Origin: Vicugna vicugna
Taxonomy: Eukaryota
Assembly (NCBI GenBank): GCA_013265495.1
Contig: MU057744.1
Coordinates: forward strand, 2,741,370 to 2,805,369
Direction: 5' to 3'
DNA: 64,000 nt
Part shown: piece after piece, positions 47,310 through 61,450 of the stretch
Layout of the letters: each line of letters opens with the position of its first letter
Numbering within the stretch: the stretch's first letter is position 1
Program-made: the position numbers and the translations under genes
Notes under the pieces: generated by a model
What the model was told of the DNA's origin: nothing
The model's database searches: none
Seen by the model: only the letters and a program-made list of their open reading frames with translations

Positions 47310-50300
47310 TTATTAATAATATACGTCAAAGTGGTAATAGCTAATGAATAGTGGAGGTAAAATGAAATATGAAAAAGTAATCAAAAAGAAGGGAATAAAA
47401 CAAGATAAAGAGGAGAAACACAGATGGGAGAAACAAAACGATTAGAATACGGTTGATGTAACCCAGTCATACGAAAATCTGTATAAATCAATAATTTAAT
47501 CATTCTAATTTAAAGCAGAGGTTTTAACTACAAAGATATCAATGTTTCTTAAAGTAACAATTCTAAAGTTATATGATAATTTAAAAGCACAATAATCAAG
47601 CAGCAGTGGCTGTGTCTATTTCGGAGCAAGTGGACTGTGTGACTAACAGCATCACCAAGGGTGAAGACAGAATGACAAAGAAGGCAACTCACCAAGAAGA
47701 AGAAGGGCTCTAGAGGGTCGCGCACCAAACTGCTAGCCCCAGAACACGTGAAGTGGAACTGGCAGAACTGAAAGGAAGCAAACAGGCAAGTCTGCAGAGC
47801 GGAGCTGTCAACACTCAGAGCTTAGTAATTAGCAGAACAAGTAGGTGGAAGTCCCTGAGGGTGGGGGATTTAGAAGAGACTATCAGCCAGCTTGGTTCAA
47901 TAAACTTGAAAGAGCACTCCAACAGCAACCTAAAAAACAGACATTCTTTTAGTGCACGTAGAACCATTCAGCTGAAAAACAAACCTCAGCACAGCCATGA
48001 GGACAGAGGCAATCCAGAGTGTGTTTTCCGACCACACTGGAATTAAGCTTGCAGCAGCTACCAGAGAGAATGAGGCGCTGCCAGGTATCGGTGAAAGTAT
48101 AACGTGCGCCTCCACGTAGCTCACAGGTAATAGAAGCAAATCACAGGAAAAAGCAGAAACAGGAAACGTTTTGAACTCAATGAGGACGGCAACAAGACGT
48201 CAAAATCTGTGTGATGCTAAGGAGGTGAGATTTCGGGGAAACTGCATCGCTTCAAACCCTGATTTAAAAGATTTGTACAGAAATCCGTGATCTGAGAGAA
48301 GGAGGAGAGAAGGACAGAGACGGGCGGAGAAAGAAGAGGGCGAGAAGTGTGCGCTAAAGCCGGAGCGAGCAGACGGGAAGGAGCAGACAGTACGCAGGTG
48401 AGACTCAGAAGGCGGCAAAACAAAGCAGAGAATGCAGCTGGAAACCAAGGTAAACCACATGCACATTGTATGGAAAGCTTGTTGAACTGGGGCAAAAGGC
48501 TGGTTATCAGGGAAAAACAAAGAGACAGAGAAGACATAAATTCGGAATATAAGGAATGAAAGGGGGCCATCACTGCAGATTTTACAGACATGAAAAAGAT
48601 ACCAAGAGACGATTATAAGCAACTTTTTGCCAGTTTATTGAATATCTTTCATGAAGTAGAAGATTTGTTGAGGAACACAGCTTACAAAACTGACTCAGAA
48701 ATAGAGCCCAAATCTCTCCACAAAAAACCAGTCAATTTTTAATTAATACTAATTTGCCACAGCAGTGATTTTAGAGCCAGATAAATTCAATGCCAGTATA
48801 ACCAAGAATTTAGTGAAAACTGATATCAGTTCCACAAAACTCCTGGAGAAAATACAGGAAGAGGAAACACTTAACAAATCCTTTTAAAAGCCTGCATTAC
48901 GCCAGTATTACAGCCAGACAAGGACATGGGAAAGAGAGGGGCCCGCAGTCCAGTATCTCCTACGCTCATAAACCCAAAACCTTTTTCATAGAGTTAGCAA
49001 ATCAAATGTAGTAAGATATTGAAATGACATACCTGCCCAAGTGGGATCCATCCAAAGAATGTCAATTTTAACACTTGAAAACCACCCAATGCACTTTATT
49101 AACACAGTGAAAGAAAGGAGATACATGATTGTGTGAATAAACGCAGAAGAAAATACTTGACAAAATTCAGTGTCTGTTCATAATAAAGGCTCTTGGGAGA
49201 TCAAAAATTTTCAAATTGAAAATAAACATCTTCAAAATTGCAAAACTAAAATTACATTCTTAAGAAGAGCGTGGACACTCTCCCCATGAGACTGGGGAAA
49301 ACCAAGGGTGTTTCTCTCACCGCGTATACTGAATGTTGTGCTGGAAGCCTTAACATGTGCACTAAGGAAAGGCGAAAAGCATACGCTCCAGGTCAAAGAA
49401 GCGATTTTTTTAATAAACAGACAATATGATTATGTGTGCAGAAAATTCTTAGAAATCTACAAATCGCTGTAACAATGATTTCAGTAAGACTATTTGACAC
49501 AAGGTCAATATGTAAAATCAATTCTATTTCTATATACTAGAAATGGAAATTGATAATTAGTATTTTTAAAGCCATGATTTATAACAGGATAAAACATGAA
49601 ATAATTAGGGTTACTTTTTAAAAATATATAGAAGAAAGGAAACGAAACATTGCAAAATGACGCAATGAGAAAAAAGAACCCTCCGTGAACGCAGAAGCAC
49701 ACCATAGTGACAGAGCAGAAGAGTCAGCTTTGTTCAGATTTCGGTTATCCCACACAACGCTGGTGGAGATGTAAGCAGGTGCGATTTGGGAAATTGGTTT
49801 GGCAGCTTCTTAAAAAGTTAAACAAGGCTTATCCTAAGCATTTACATCCTCAGGCACTTGTCCAAGAGAAATGAAAATATGACCACACGGATACGCATAT
49901 TCAGATGTTTATAGAAGCGTTATTCAGAGTGGTCAGGAACAGGGGTCAGACTGTCCATCAAAACGTAACTGGGTCAACACACGCTGGTGTTTTCGTACAT
50001 GGAATATTACTTAGCAGTAAGAGTAAACCAATAACCGTTGTATGAAACATGAATAAATCTCAGAAACAGCAGGCTGAGCGAACAAAGACGGGTACTAAGA
50101 AACACATGCGGCGGAAAAGAGAGGAAACAGCCGCTGTTCGTGGCGGCGGGTCTGGTAGCGGTGCGCTGGCTCACTGCGGGCACGTGGGAGCGTGTTGTGG
50201 CGATGGGTGTGCTCTGTGTCTTTGTTGCATGATAGCTACATGGACGTGTGCACACAGGTGTGTGAAAACTCATCCAAATGTACCCCTAACATGGGTGCAA

Positions 50301-50345
50301 TGTATAGGAACAAATTATATCTCCAAAAATTTAATGAAAAAATGT
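47310..50345 (+). mobile_element. Old degraded L1ME-type ORF2 and 3' end
   Basis: EN/RT remnants (gaccacactggaattaag; ttgacaaaattcag; cagacaatatgattatg; acaaggtcaatat) and 3' end aaaactcatccaaatgtac...aattatatctc. Confidence 0.85.
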
Positions 50346-50864
50346 AGAGAATGAAAAAAGCCAGGAATACGGGGTCTGGATTGAGAGTGAGGAAAGCAGA
50401 ACAAATGTCTGGAATTACATGTAAATGTAACCTGGGTGTGGAATTCCATCTTAGAATTTGGAGGTTTTATTCTGCTTTTCAGGCTGTTGTATTACCAAAT
50501 TCTCACATTTTAGTGTCAGACACTTTGTGAGTTGTTTTACTGTTGTGTCACCTAAGAGATCTATTTAAAAATCTATAGACTAACAGATTTTCCAAAAAAC
50601 TTGGCCTGATAATCGAGACTGGTTGTCTGAAGAACTGCACCCTGTTTGGAAGTCTACCCATGAAACCGTTAGAACAGACTCGGTGAACATAGCGTAAATA
50701 AAACAGACTTCAGTGCTCTGAGTGGTTTATTCCCTTGGGGGAGTGATAAGTCCATTTAGAAGTGTGTGTTTTTACTATGCCCTTTGCTTTGGCTGTAATG
50801 GACGAGCAAGGAGCTCTCCTTTTTCATGTGTGATGATCCATCTTAATAAATTCTACAGAGTGAC

Positions 50865-51310
50865 TTGGCTTTACAGTCTGCAAAGCATTTTCATGTAAAA
50901 TTTATCATTAGTTTTATTAATTAGTAATAGTATCCCAGCTTTATTTACATTAGCCTTACTGTAACTTCTATTTTAGAGATAAGGAAACTATTCTAGAAGT
51001 GCGAGGGAAGGAGACACAAACAGAACTGACATTTATTGAACATTCATTATGTGTCGGCATCAAGTGGTGGGACCTCGATGTGCTGCCTGTGTAATCCGCG
51101 CCGCACTCTTGAGGGAGAAGAAATACGTCTCTGTGAACAGATAAGGAAGCAAATGTCCAGACTAGCAAAGAACAGAACCAGTGTTTTCATCCAAGTGTCT
51201 GGCTTCAAATATCTGTATGTTTCACTAATCAAAACTGTCTGACGTGAGTTCCTAAAGAAAATATAACTTGAATCCAGAATTTTCCATTCCAAATTTAGTG
51301 TTCTTCACTG
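50865..51310 (-). mobile_element. MIR fragments with an embedded L2 tail
   Basis: ctattttagagataaggaaact; atttattgaacattcattatgtgtc; acttgaatccaga. Confidence 0.55.
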
Positions 51311-54300
51311 TGCATCTGCTGGTCAAACTTGACATTCCTCCACCTGCTACTCATTTCACATTAGCTCTATAATGTAACAAGTTTTAATTAATTCTCAAGC
51401 ATGTAGATTAATTGTCACCCATTTTATATAACCAAAGGTATGCAAATAAATATATAATGTTATCACAAATATGATTCAAATCAAACTAGTATTGGTCATT
51501 GCAGAAATGGTTAATCTGACATCTACTCTTTTCTATAATTGGTAGAAATTTGTAGACTGCATTTGCAGAAGCACTTTCTGACACATTTATCCCATTCTCC
51601 TATTTAACTTTTGACAATTGACTCTAGTTTTACTTTGGGGCATGACTGTCTTAATTATTAGCACACAGTTCTTCTCTCTCCGGATGTCACTGCTGACTTC
51701 CCCACGTTGAGTTTTCCTCCCAGAGCCCACAAGTCGAAGTCCTTTGCTGAGGGCCGTGACTACAAATGCATAGTCCAAGGATCTCGTGGGATGTAACTGC
51801 GAAGTCATACGAGGGCAACGTTAAACACTTTATGCTCCGAATGAGTACAAGAGGTGATTTTATAACAAGAGTGTACAAAATAGTCTTACGAAAGGTATAG
51901 ATGCACTTACATTTTTTTGTGCGGGAATCAGCCAGCAATCATGTCATTTTGTCCCCACAATGCTTCTTACAACGAAAAGAATCATGGGCTCAAGTGACAC
52001 TTTGGGAAGGAGCTCGCACGGTGTCTGAGCAACTTACGTTCTCTTTTTAAGAACAGAGCAGGAGAGCTGGCCTTCACGCCCTGAAGCCTTTCCTCTGAAC
52101 GGAGCTGGAAACCCTCGGTCTCTCACCAGACATTGAGATGCTCTTAATTTTTAACACAACTCTCCAGGCTAATTAAATAACATTTAGGGCTGTACTCACC
52201 TACGTTTAGGTTTGTTTTCCTTTCAGTAACAGCTGACAGCACCTTGCTGTTTACAGCCAAGAGCAGAAGGCAGTTCTGAGCGCTATGGACATCATGCTTT
52301 GGAAATGATTTCTAACAAGTTGATGAGTTGCATATGTTTTAAGGTACTGTTTTCTTTCTCTTTGGTTTTATAATTCACAAGATTTCAGAGAGCTAAAAGA
52401 TTATACATATTCAGCCTCCCAAAGAGGTAAAAAGCTTCACTAATTTATCTAAAAGTTACCCAGATTTAGGCAAGACTTGTATCATCTCCTAGAGTTTTGT
52501 TTGTGTACGTGTGACCTCACAAAGGTTGTGATCTTACAAATTAAATCCATGCAGATGTTAAGGACCCAAGTGCATCTGTCTAGTGAGTAACGACACTTAG
52601 GAGTGTTGCCTGCAGGACAGGGCTTCGCCGGTGGAAGACATCTCTAAGGGTAAAATTTTGGAGACTGCAGTGATTGTGAAAAAAAGAGCGAATTATAGTT
52701 GTGTACTCAGCATGCCTGAACAAATAACTGGTCTTTTTGCTTGCTGTCAATATAGCAACAAATTGCTGATGTATCTTCTTTATCTATCTTTGCCCCGTGG
52801 ATAATTTCAGTATTTTAAAATTATCCACAGTGTAGCCTTGTGGGGTCTCTCTCCCACCTGTTAAAAATTTCCACACAAAAAAGCCGAACTATTATTCCCA
52901 GTTGCCTGCACGCTTGCCCTTAGGCTGGATGAGGGACGTCAGTCCGCAGGCCATTTCACCTGTCTGCTTGGCGAGTAGGTGAGCAGGAGGGGATGAACTG
53001 GGGTGGGACGTGTGTGCATTCTCTGAGGAGGTGTTCGTGATTGGACAAGTAACGTTCCCACACTGAAAGGCCACAGGCCCTGGACACACCTAGACCAAGT
53101 CACCCCTCCATTAAAGTGCCCCGCCCGTCGGCTCTGAGAGTCCTGAGGGTGCCTTTGGCAGTTTTCCGCCTGGGCCTTTCCGCTGGCTGGTCAGCTGTCT
53201 TTACACCTCCAGCTGTTCCAGCTCTTGCTTGTGTCCTGTTTTCTGCAGCGCACTAACGCCGCTGTGTGAGTTCAGAACACAGACAGCGAAAGTCATTAAA
53301 ACTAATGTCGCAATGAGTCATTAGCCTGTGACTTGTGTCAGGGTCCGTGAGCAGCTCCGTAACTAACTGGCGTGAACTTCAGTACGTGCTCTGTATTTTG
53401 GTTGCTCAGGTGGCTGCTTTTAATTCTTGCTTGTGGTCTTTGAGATACGTGCTTAATAGTTGACATTACTAAATAAACAGGAAGCGATCCAATTTGAAAA
53501 GACCTTGAAGTCACACGATGGTACGTAAGAAACAGGAAAAAATGCCAGGTGTAAAGGGCTGGGAGGAAGAAGTCTTGGGAGATGACTTCTCCCAAGTCAT
53601 CACCTTCCGGTGTCAGCACCTTCCGTAGGCAGAAGCACCTGTCTGCAGTGAGATGGATCCTCGTACGCAGCTCGCTTCTGATTTGCAGTCTCGGGGAGTG
53701 AGATGCGAACGTGGTGGGGAGAGGCGGGAGCGCGTCTCCGTCTCAGCTAGCGGGTGCGGAAGTACTCTTCAGGGGCTGAGAAACGTGCTCTCCTGGAAGT
53801 GACACTTTTTGTTGTTGTTGCGCAAGAATGTCGCCGCCAAGATGAATGTTAAAGAGGAGCACATTCAGTAAAAGCGAGCAGAGCAACACTTTAACATGCC
53901 TTAGGAATAGTCGTGCGTGTGGGAGGGGAGATGGTTGCTCTGAACTTCATTAAGCCAATTGTTGGGAAGACATCTGGAGGCTGATGCCAGGGAGGCCAGG
54001 CGGTGAATGTGCTTCGCTGTTCATGCAAAAATGAGGCCGTTTAAGTGGGATTTGTTTGAACAAAGTGCATTTTTTAGTCCTTGCCAGTTGAGCTGCCTCC
54101 GTGGGTCCTTGTTGGTCTGGGGCGAGGACAGGACAGGTGAGAGGTGAGGGGCGGGGGGTTCGGTCTCCACGATGAAACAGAGACAATGAAGTGACAGGCA
54201 GGCACAGGCCAGCTCCCCGAAGTGGCACAGTCGACATCTGAATTACACGTGTGAGCGATTTTACTTTTTATTCTAAGATGATAAACTCATTGAGGGTAAA

Positions 54301-54964
54301 AAACATGTATTTTTATATCTAAAATGTAATAGGGTTGATTTAGTAAATCAACTAAAATAATAGATATGCAATGAAAACAAGTGACTAGATTATTTCCTAA
54401 GGAATAAAATATGAAAGTTTTAGTGGAAGAGCATCCATTCGGAACTGGATACAGTGGGGGCTTAAAGAACGTCCTTTAAGAGGCGTCACAAGGCTCCGGA
54501 ACCACCACACGCCTGGGCTCGGTCAGTGAAACGGGATCAGCCGCTGGTGTTACCGAAGCGAGAAAGGCTACTGGATGCAAGTGATAAACAGGCACGCTGA
54601 CTGCCCTCCTGGAACTTCACGCCTGGTGTTTCTTTAGCATGAGGTCGCTGCTCAGGTGGAAAACAGAGCCGTATGTCCAGTGATATGGCTGATGTAAAAG
54701 TGCATGCCCAAAGACAACTTATGAACTTTGACTTCTGTTTTCACGGTGTTGCCAAAGACCCACAGCAGGGTTGCTCTGGGGCTAGATCATGATTATGGAA
54801 TCCAAAAGGAAAAGTTTCAAACCAAAGCAGTGGAAGTAGGTCCACTGAAGGGCCTTCCGCAGCTCGGCTCTGAGCTTTCGTGGAGCTTCTGCCTGAGTGG
54901 CCAGCCTTCTCTCATCGTGGGCGCTGAGCATCACGCAGTTGATCTCAACGTACCCGAGGGTTCA

Positions 54965-55100
54965 GATCCACTCACTGTCTCATCGCTGTCTTTCACCGGC
55001 GTTTACTGGGTGCCCGCCAGAGCGCAGGGCCTGCCCGGGCGGTGGGGGTTCATGCTGGGTGAAGAGGCGCAGGGCCCGCTTTCCGGGCGTTCCTGCTCTA
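54965..55100 (-). mobile_element. GC-shifted L2 3' tail
   Basis: ttcaccggcgtttactgggtgcccgccagagcgcagggcctg is colinear with L2 ttcaacaaatatttattgagcacctactatgtgccaggcactg. Confidence 0.6.
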
Positions 55101-55949
55101 GGCCCCCGAGGCAGGGCCCCTTCCCACCGTCTGCTCGGCGGTCTAACGTCCGTCCCACGAGTCCCTGCACCCGTGGAGCCTGTGCGCCGTGGCCGCCTCC
55201 CCGCTGCCGGCCGTGTCCCCAGGGCTCCAGACCCGCGTGGACTCTGAGCCACCCCGGAGCGTGGCCTGACTCTGGTCAGTGGTCTGCTTTTGTTAGTTTG
55301 TCGTCCTTCTGGTGTCTTGTGCCTTCATCCAAGCACATTTCAAAAGGGCTGAGTTTTGGTTTTTTTTTCTATTTCAAAGCAGCTTTTTCAAAATACATAC
55401 AAATGAACTTCTTTTCAAAAGTACTACGGAGGATGGTGCTCTGCGTAAATCTCCGTGACCGCGACTCCCACGTCAGTCACAGAGCTCTTCCGCTTCTATT
55501 TCATGCACCCCTCTGCTGTTTCAAGTTTCACCAGCATGCGTTGCTTTTGCTATTCAGGGAAAGCAATAAAGATACTGAAATTTTGAGACGCTTCAAGGGG
55601 ATATGTCAAGCAAATATAACCTCAAGAGAGGTTTCCAAATATTAAATTTAATTTATGTGAGCCATTGAAAGAACTGTAAGAAATTTAATTAAGGTTTTCT
55701 TACACAGAGTAGGGATGGTAAGAAGGAATGTTTTCCCAGCCCGTCTCCTGTGTAATTAGGGGCACCCTGAATGAAGGACGTGTTCATCCTCTGGACTGAG
55801 TGGATCACTAAACAGGCCCCCCTCCCAGCACAGAAGTTTGTCAGTTCAGATACGTTACAGCAGCCAAAGGCTTCAAGTAGAAAAGGGAAAAGTTTTGAAG
55901 GATAACGTTCAAAAATAGTGAATCGACCTTAGACTTTGATTGTAATTTT

Positions 55950-56602
55950 CTCTTTTTTTATTGAGTTATAATCATTTTACAATGTTGTTAAATTCCAGTG
56001 TAGAGCACAATTTTTCAGTTACACATGAACATACATATATTCATTGTCACATTTTTTTTCACTGTGAGCTACCACAAGATCTTGTACATATTTCCCTGTG
56101 CTATACAGTGTAATCTTGTTTATCTATTCTGCATATGCCTGTCAGTATCTACAAACTTTGAACTCCCAGTCTGTCCCTTCCACCCCCTACCCCTTTGGCA
56201 ACCATAGATTTGTATTCTATGTCTATAAGTTTGTTTCTATTTTGTATTTATGTTCTTTTTTATTTTTTTTAGATTCCATATATGAGCGATCTCATGGTAT
56301 TTTTCTTTCTCTTTCTGGCTTCACTTAGAATGACATTCTCCAGGAGCATCCATGTTGCTGCAAATGGCATTATGTTGTCGGTTTTTATGGCTGAGTAGTA
56401 TCCCATTGTATAAATATACCACATCTTCTTTATCCAGTCATCTGTTGATGGACATTTAGGCTGTTTCCATGTCTTGGCTATTGTAAATAGTGCTGCTATG
56501 AACATTGGGGTGCAGGTGTCATCCTGAAGTAGGGTTCCTTCTGGATTATATGCTCAGGAGTGGGATTCCTGGGTCATATGGTAAGTCTATTCCTAGTCTT
56601 TT
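55950..56602 (-). mobile_element. Young camelid L1 3' end
   Basis: ORF 56269-56505, MFIAALFTIAKTWKQPKCPSTDDWIKKMWYIYTM, is the L1 ORF2 C-terminus. Confidence 0.95.
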
Positions 56603-57233
56603 TCAAAGACCCTGAGTCAGATAAACAAATATTACCAGAACATGACTCCTGATTCTGTCATATGTCTGTTCCAACCCTCATACGAGTAATCACCCTACTT
56701 TTGAGACATTTCTCGTCCCTACCACATCAAGATCCGCAGTTCAGAGGACCAGGGTGGAGATGAAGTGAAAACCATGGACAAAGTCAGTCATCAGTGAGTC
56801 TGTGACCTCGACCCTTTTCGCTTCTTTATACTCATCGCGTCCATCCAAAGTGCTCGTGTGTCTCTTCTGTGACACTCTTCCACTGACTCATGTTTCTGCT
56901 GCTTCCCAGTAGCTCTCCACCCTCTACGTATGCATGTATCATATAGATCTTTAAGAATATTTTTGTAACCTCTTCCTAGAGGAGTGAGGGCCACCTGATG
57001 GAGGACAAGTGTATCTATTAAAAACAGTATTCCTTTAATGAATCTTGAAGTGGGAATTTAGGCAATAGTAGGGCTGTCAGAAAAACAAAATGCCGTTTAA
57101 GGGGTGTTAATCTAAGACATAATGGTATAAATGGAATGAATGAAGTCTGAGAGCATGTTTCTAGTGCTGCTCTATTTATTATTCTGTTTATTTGGGGAAA
57201 AGCTTTCTGATGGTTATGAAGTAGAAATACACA

Positions 57234-57705
57234 GTTGGAGTAACTGGCTTTGGTGGTGGCCCCAGTGATGTCGCTCTGGCGTGCGTGCCTCCAGTGGTGC
57301 CCCCGACGCTGAATAGGGATGACCTGTCACACAGGTGGAGTTTGGAGAAATGCCCACAGCTTCTGCCTTTCTGTCTGGGATTGCTTCCTGTGGGTGAGAC
57401 CAGCGGCCAGTCCTGAGAATATTCAAGCTTCTGTTGGAGAGGTCTCCGTAGCAAGGACTGCATTCCTCCCGCCGGGCACGTGGGCAGGTGCCTTAGCAAT
57501 GTTCCCGCAGCCACAGTCAGCCCTGTGGATGATGGCAGCCTTGGCCAGCACCTTGACCACAGCCTCACGAGGAGTCCTGAGCCAGAGCCACCCACGCGAG
57601 CCACAGCCACGCCCTTCCCCACGGGGGAGGCGGTGAAATAGGCGTCTGTTGTTCAACGCTGATGGGTTTGGGAGTGATTCAGTATGCAGCGAGAGCTGAT
57701 GACTG
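57234..57705 (+). mobile_element. MLT1F-like solo LTR
   Basis: tggccccagtgat...cttgaccacagcctcacga...ctgagccagagccaccca...tttgggagtgatt...tatgcagc. Confidence 0.8.
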
Positions 57706-59064
57706 TTAAGCATATTTACTAAAGAAATTGCTGTCACTTTTAAAACTCCTTCATTCCATCACATTATAGCCAGGAAGTATATTTGAAATCAGGAAAATAA
57801 TTTTTCTGACAGAGTCTGACTCCTTTACATGAGGTTATAACCCTGAAAACACTCTGGGGCAGGCGTATTTAAATCTGTCTTGCTCCTGCTCTTTTATTTC
57901 TAACAGTGCCAGCAGCCAACATAACGAGTCTTACGAGTGCAGAGTTACGGAAACTTGGTCCGAGAAATAGTTGTACAGCATTGACCTTAAAATACCGTGA
58001 ATATTTAATCCAGATGGTGTTAAGTTAAAATGTATCTTAACTCAACCGTTCCCAACTTAACATGACTTAATTTTAGTAAGATATCCTCATAATTAAAAAA
58101 TACAAGCAACACATGTATGCACAGAATTTATCTGAAAACAGAGCGATCCATCTCGCTAGTTCTTGCCCCGCTGTGCTTAATCTATTTTTAAATTCCTTTT
58201 GTAAATGATGATTAAGGTGCACAGCCTTCAAAGGTAAGAATCTAAAGTAAATTGTTCTAAAATAATTGTTCCCTCCGAAAACCCAGATTGTTCTGAATTA
58301 GAGTGACAGGCTGACATGGCAGTTCGTTTTGCCCTCGACCTTTATGCTAGGAAAGAGACGCAGAGGGACATAGCTCCCCCTGCTCCTCGTGGCTGGCCTC
58401 TCGCTCTCCTCGCCGACTTTTCACTTGAGCTGCCACAGGTTTTCCTTCCCACACACACTGAAGGCAGCATCTATTCCATACTCTCCCCCTAAATCTAATA
58501 CGTCTCTCATTTAAAAAGTTTATTTTATGCCCTTTTTGAATAAATGTATTTTTAAACTTTTGAGGCCCAGTATTTCTAAAGCATAGTTGGCACTGGACTG
58601 AAATGCTAATAAGCTCATCAATTTGAAAAGAAACAAACCATGAAGCTGGACCCGGCGTCTGACCTGTTGCTCTTCGTCGAAATTAACAGGATCATCGGTG
58701 CTTGACCCTGACCAGCTGGAAGCTCGTCCCTCAACCAGTACTAATGGCAGGTGCCTGTGTCAGGTCATCGGGGAGGCTGAAGCGCGCTCCACGGGAGCTG
58801 GCGGCTTGCCGTCGCCCTGACGGCTCGCCGGCAGAGGGGAGGGAGACAGCAGCTGCCTCTCCTCCAGCTCCCGTAGTGCTGATAAAGCCTGAGTCTCCTC
58901 CTGGGAAAAAGGTGTGTGGCAGATAGTCAGTTTCCCTGCCCTAAAGCTGAAGGCAGTTTTTATATTCAGCCCTTTCCAAATGTTCTCCCTGTGATGCTCA
59001 GGACAGTTGTTTTTAACCACACTAAGGTCTAAATCAAATAGACTTGTTGTGCTACATACCGGCT

Positions 59065-59290
59065 GTCTGGACTGTGTTCCCTAATCACACAGGTTATGTT
59101 TCCTGTGGTGCTAACGTCTCCCTCTGACCCTTGATGTCCTCGTCCCCAAAATGGGAATGATAGTACCTACCATGATTTCTAAGAAGTGTGGGCTGCGATT
59201 ACTTGTCTTGAGAAGAGGAGAAGTGGAGCCACACAGGAAACACTGTGATTTTGAGTGCACTGCTCTGAGCAAATGACGTGTAGATAATTT
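59065..59290 (+). mobile_element. MIR SINE
   Basis: tcctcgtccccaaaatgggaatgatagtacctacc core. Confidence 0.7.
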
Positions 59291-61369
59291 TGAGCTGGAC
59301 AGTACCACCAGGGATGGGTGGCAGAGATTTCTTCTTTCTAGAACCATTTGTTCCCCCTGAATAAAACAGAGCAGTTTAGCAGCAGGACTCATACCCCTGC
59401 TTCTCTGAGCAGGTCTCGGGGGACGTGGAAGGGCCAGTCCTCAGATGGTGGTGCAGGATACACCTGGAGGGCTGGCCGTGCCTGTGGTGCAGATTTGACT
59501 TGTTGACAAAACGCTGAAGTCCTGGGGGTGCTCCCTTTAAAATAACAGTGGAAACGGGTCCTAGTACCAGCAAACCACGGTTGAACTCGGGTCCCTGACA
59601 TCCGCCACCACTCAGGTTCTGGAAGGAAAGTACCCGTGTCTGTGGGCACTGCCCCGGCGGCCTCCCAGGACAGGACACTGGGGCACATGGGCACGTGGTT
59701 GTTGTATTGGCCGTTGAGCCTCATCACTTCTTTTCTCTTGCCTGATCTGGAGTGCTCGTGCAGTGTGTGCAGTTCCCCCGCCTAACTCAGAAGCACTCAG
59801 GGCACCAGAACGCATGAGGCTGAGTGGTGGCCAAGAGGAATACGAAAGGACAGACACAAAACGCCCCGCTGGGCGCCGACCCGGCTGCACAAGGTCGGCA
59901 CCCAGCAAGCCACATGGGCCCCCTTGCTTCCTTTACGTTCATTTATTCCACAAGACTGACTTTCAGTGAGATTTCTTAATTAACATTTTCTATTTTTGTC
60001 CTAAAGTGTTTAATTTATGAAGAATTTTCATCCAAGTATGTTGAATGACGTTGTGCATGATGAGAACTGTGTTCACATTTGAGATCTGAATGCACTTTTT
60101 TTAACATTAAAAAGAGATCTGTTTCTCAGTTTTAGGCAGAATGATTCTTTGGTTTCTTTACCTTTTTTTGGTCAGTATTTCCTGCTGCATAGAAGTAGCC
60201 CTGGAGGGTGATGCGTGGTCACCGAGCAGCAAGGAGCCAAGCAGACTAAAGCTGTACTGACCGGGTGGGGGGACGGGGGCAGCCCTGGTCTTGGCAGAGA
60301 GTCCGAGGCACCTTCAGCACTGTTTCCAGAGCAGTGTTTTCCGGGTCATCTACTGAAGTGGAAAATTACGATGTCTTATGGTAATCCAGCTGGAGATTAG
60401 AAATTTGGAAATGAGGCGTGGAGAACCTCATGACTACAGATCTGTATGGAGGTGCTGGAGGGTTTATGATCAGGGTTAGGTACAAGGTCTAAGACGCTGG
60501 GGATAAAAGCGGTAGAGAGTGGTGCAGAGTTCATGTGGGAAGTTGTACACCTATTCGTCTTGTGTGGATGAGTTCAGGAGACCACCCCACACATTCACCA
60601 TCACCTGCCTTAGCACAACTGCATTAATCACAGTAGTTTATAATATTGTCCCCTCTGCTTTGGGCAGAATTAAAATTAAAACCGTTCATGTGACCAATTT
60701 GCTGGTGTGTTTTGGAGACGATACTCATTTTGGTCCTTACTTTTGCATTTCTCAAAGGGCAAGCTATTATATAAACCTATTTTCATATTTTTAATATTTG
60801 AAAATCTATTAATAACATTTAGCAAGACAATGCAATGTGCATTTGTATGTCCTCTCAAAACTGCAGTGGAAAAATCCACCATAATATTGGGCAAGAATAT
60901 CAAATTATGAGTCCTAATATATTCTGGATTTTTATAAGATGCTATATCCATCTACCCACTAAGTAAAAACAGTGTGTGAGACTCCGTGCAAGGTCAGAAA
61001 GATTCAGTGTATCCCAGGCCTCGTGAACCATGGAATCTAAGGAGTAAGACAGACTTTAAATAAGTTGACTACAAAGGGAGAAATGAAAGCACTTATCAGA
61101 AAAAAAAATGCTGAAACGTAATCTGAAGGGCCAGAGAGTATCCCTGGAGGAAGTGACCGCAGGTGGGTCCAGGAGATGAGTCGAAGCTGTACTTGTGCGA
61201 GTGAGAAAGCAGAGATCAAGGTCTAACAACGTCACCATCGTTCAGTATTTACTTAGGGGAGGGGAGGATGGTGAGGGAACTGAAAATTAGGAGAGACCAG
61301 AGAGATAAGAAAGAGGGAAAAAGGAACTGAAGAAACAAAACAGGAAATGCAAGTGATAAAGTCAAAGAC

Positions 61370-61450
61370 ACGTGTGTGTATGCATGACTGGGACACGGTG
61401 CTGCACACCAGAAACGGACACGTTATAACTGACGACTGCAATAAAAGAGA
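61370..61450 (+). mobile_element. Camelid L1 3' tail fragment
   Basis: gtatgcatgactgggacacggtgctgcacaccagaaacggacac...taactgacgactgcaataaaa. Confidence 0.8.

Noticed and set aside
51724..51796. Plus-strand acceptor followed by AHKSKSFAEGRDYKCIVQGSRGM*
   Set aside because: Single candidate with no good donor or exon chain.
54728..55645. 305-aa ORF, the longest real ORF in the track
   Set aside because: Non-ATG start and no domain; it is open because it crosses a GC-shifted L2 fragment.
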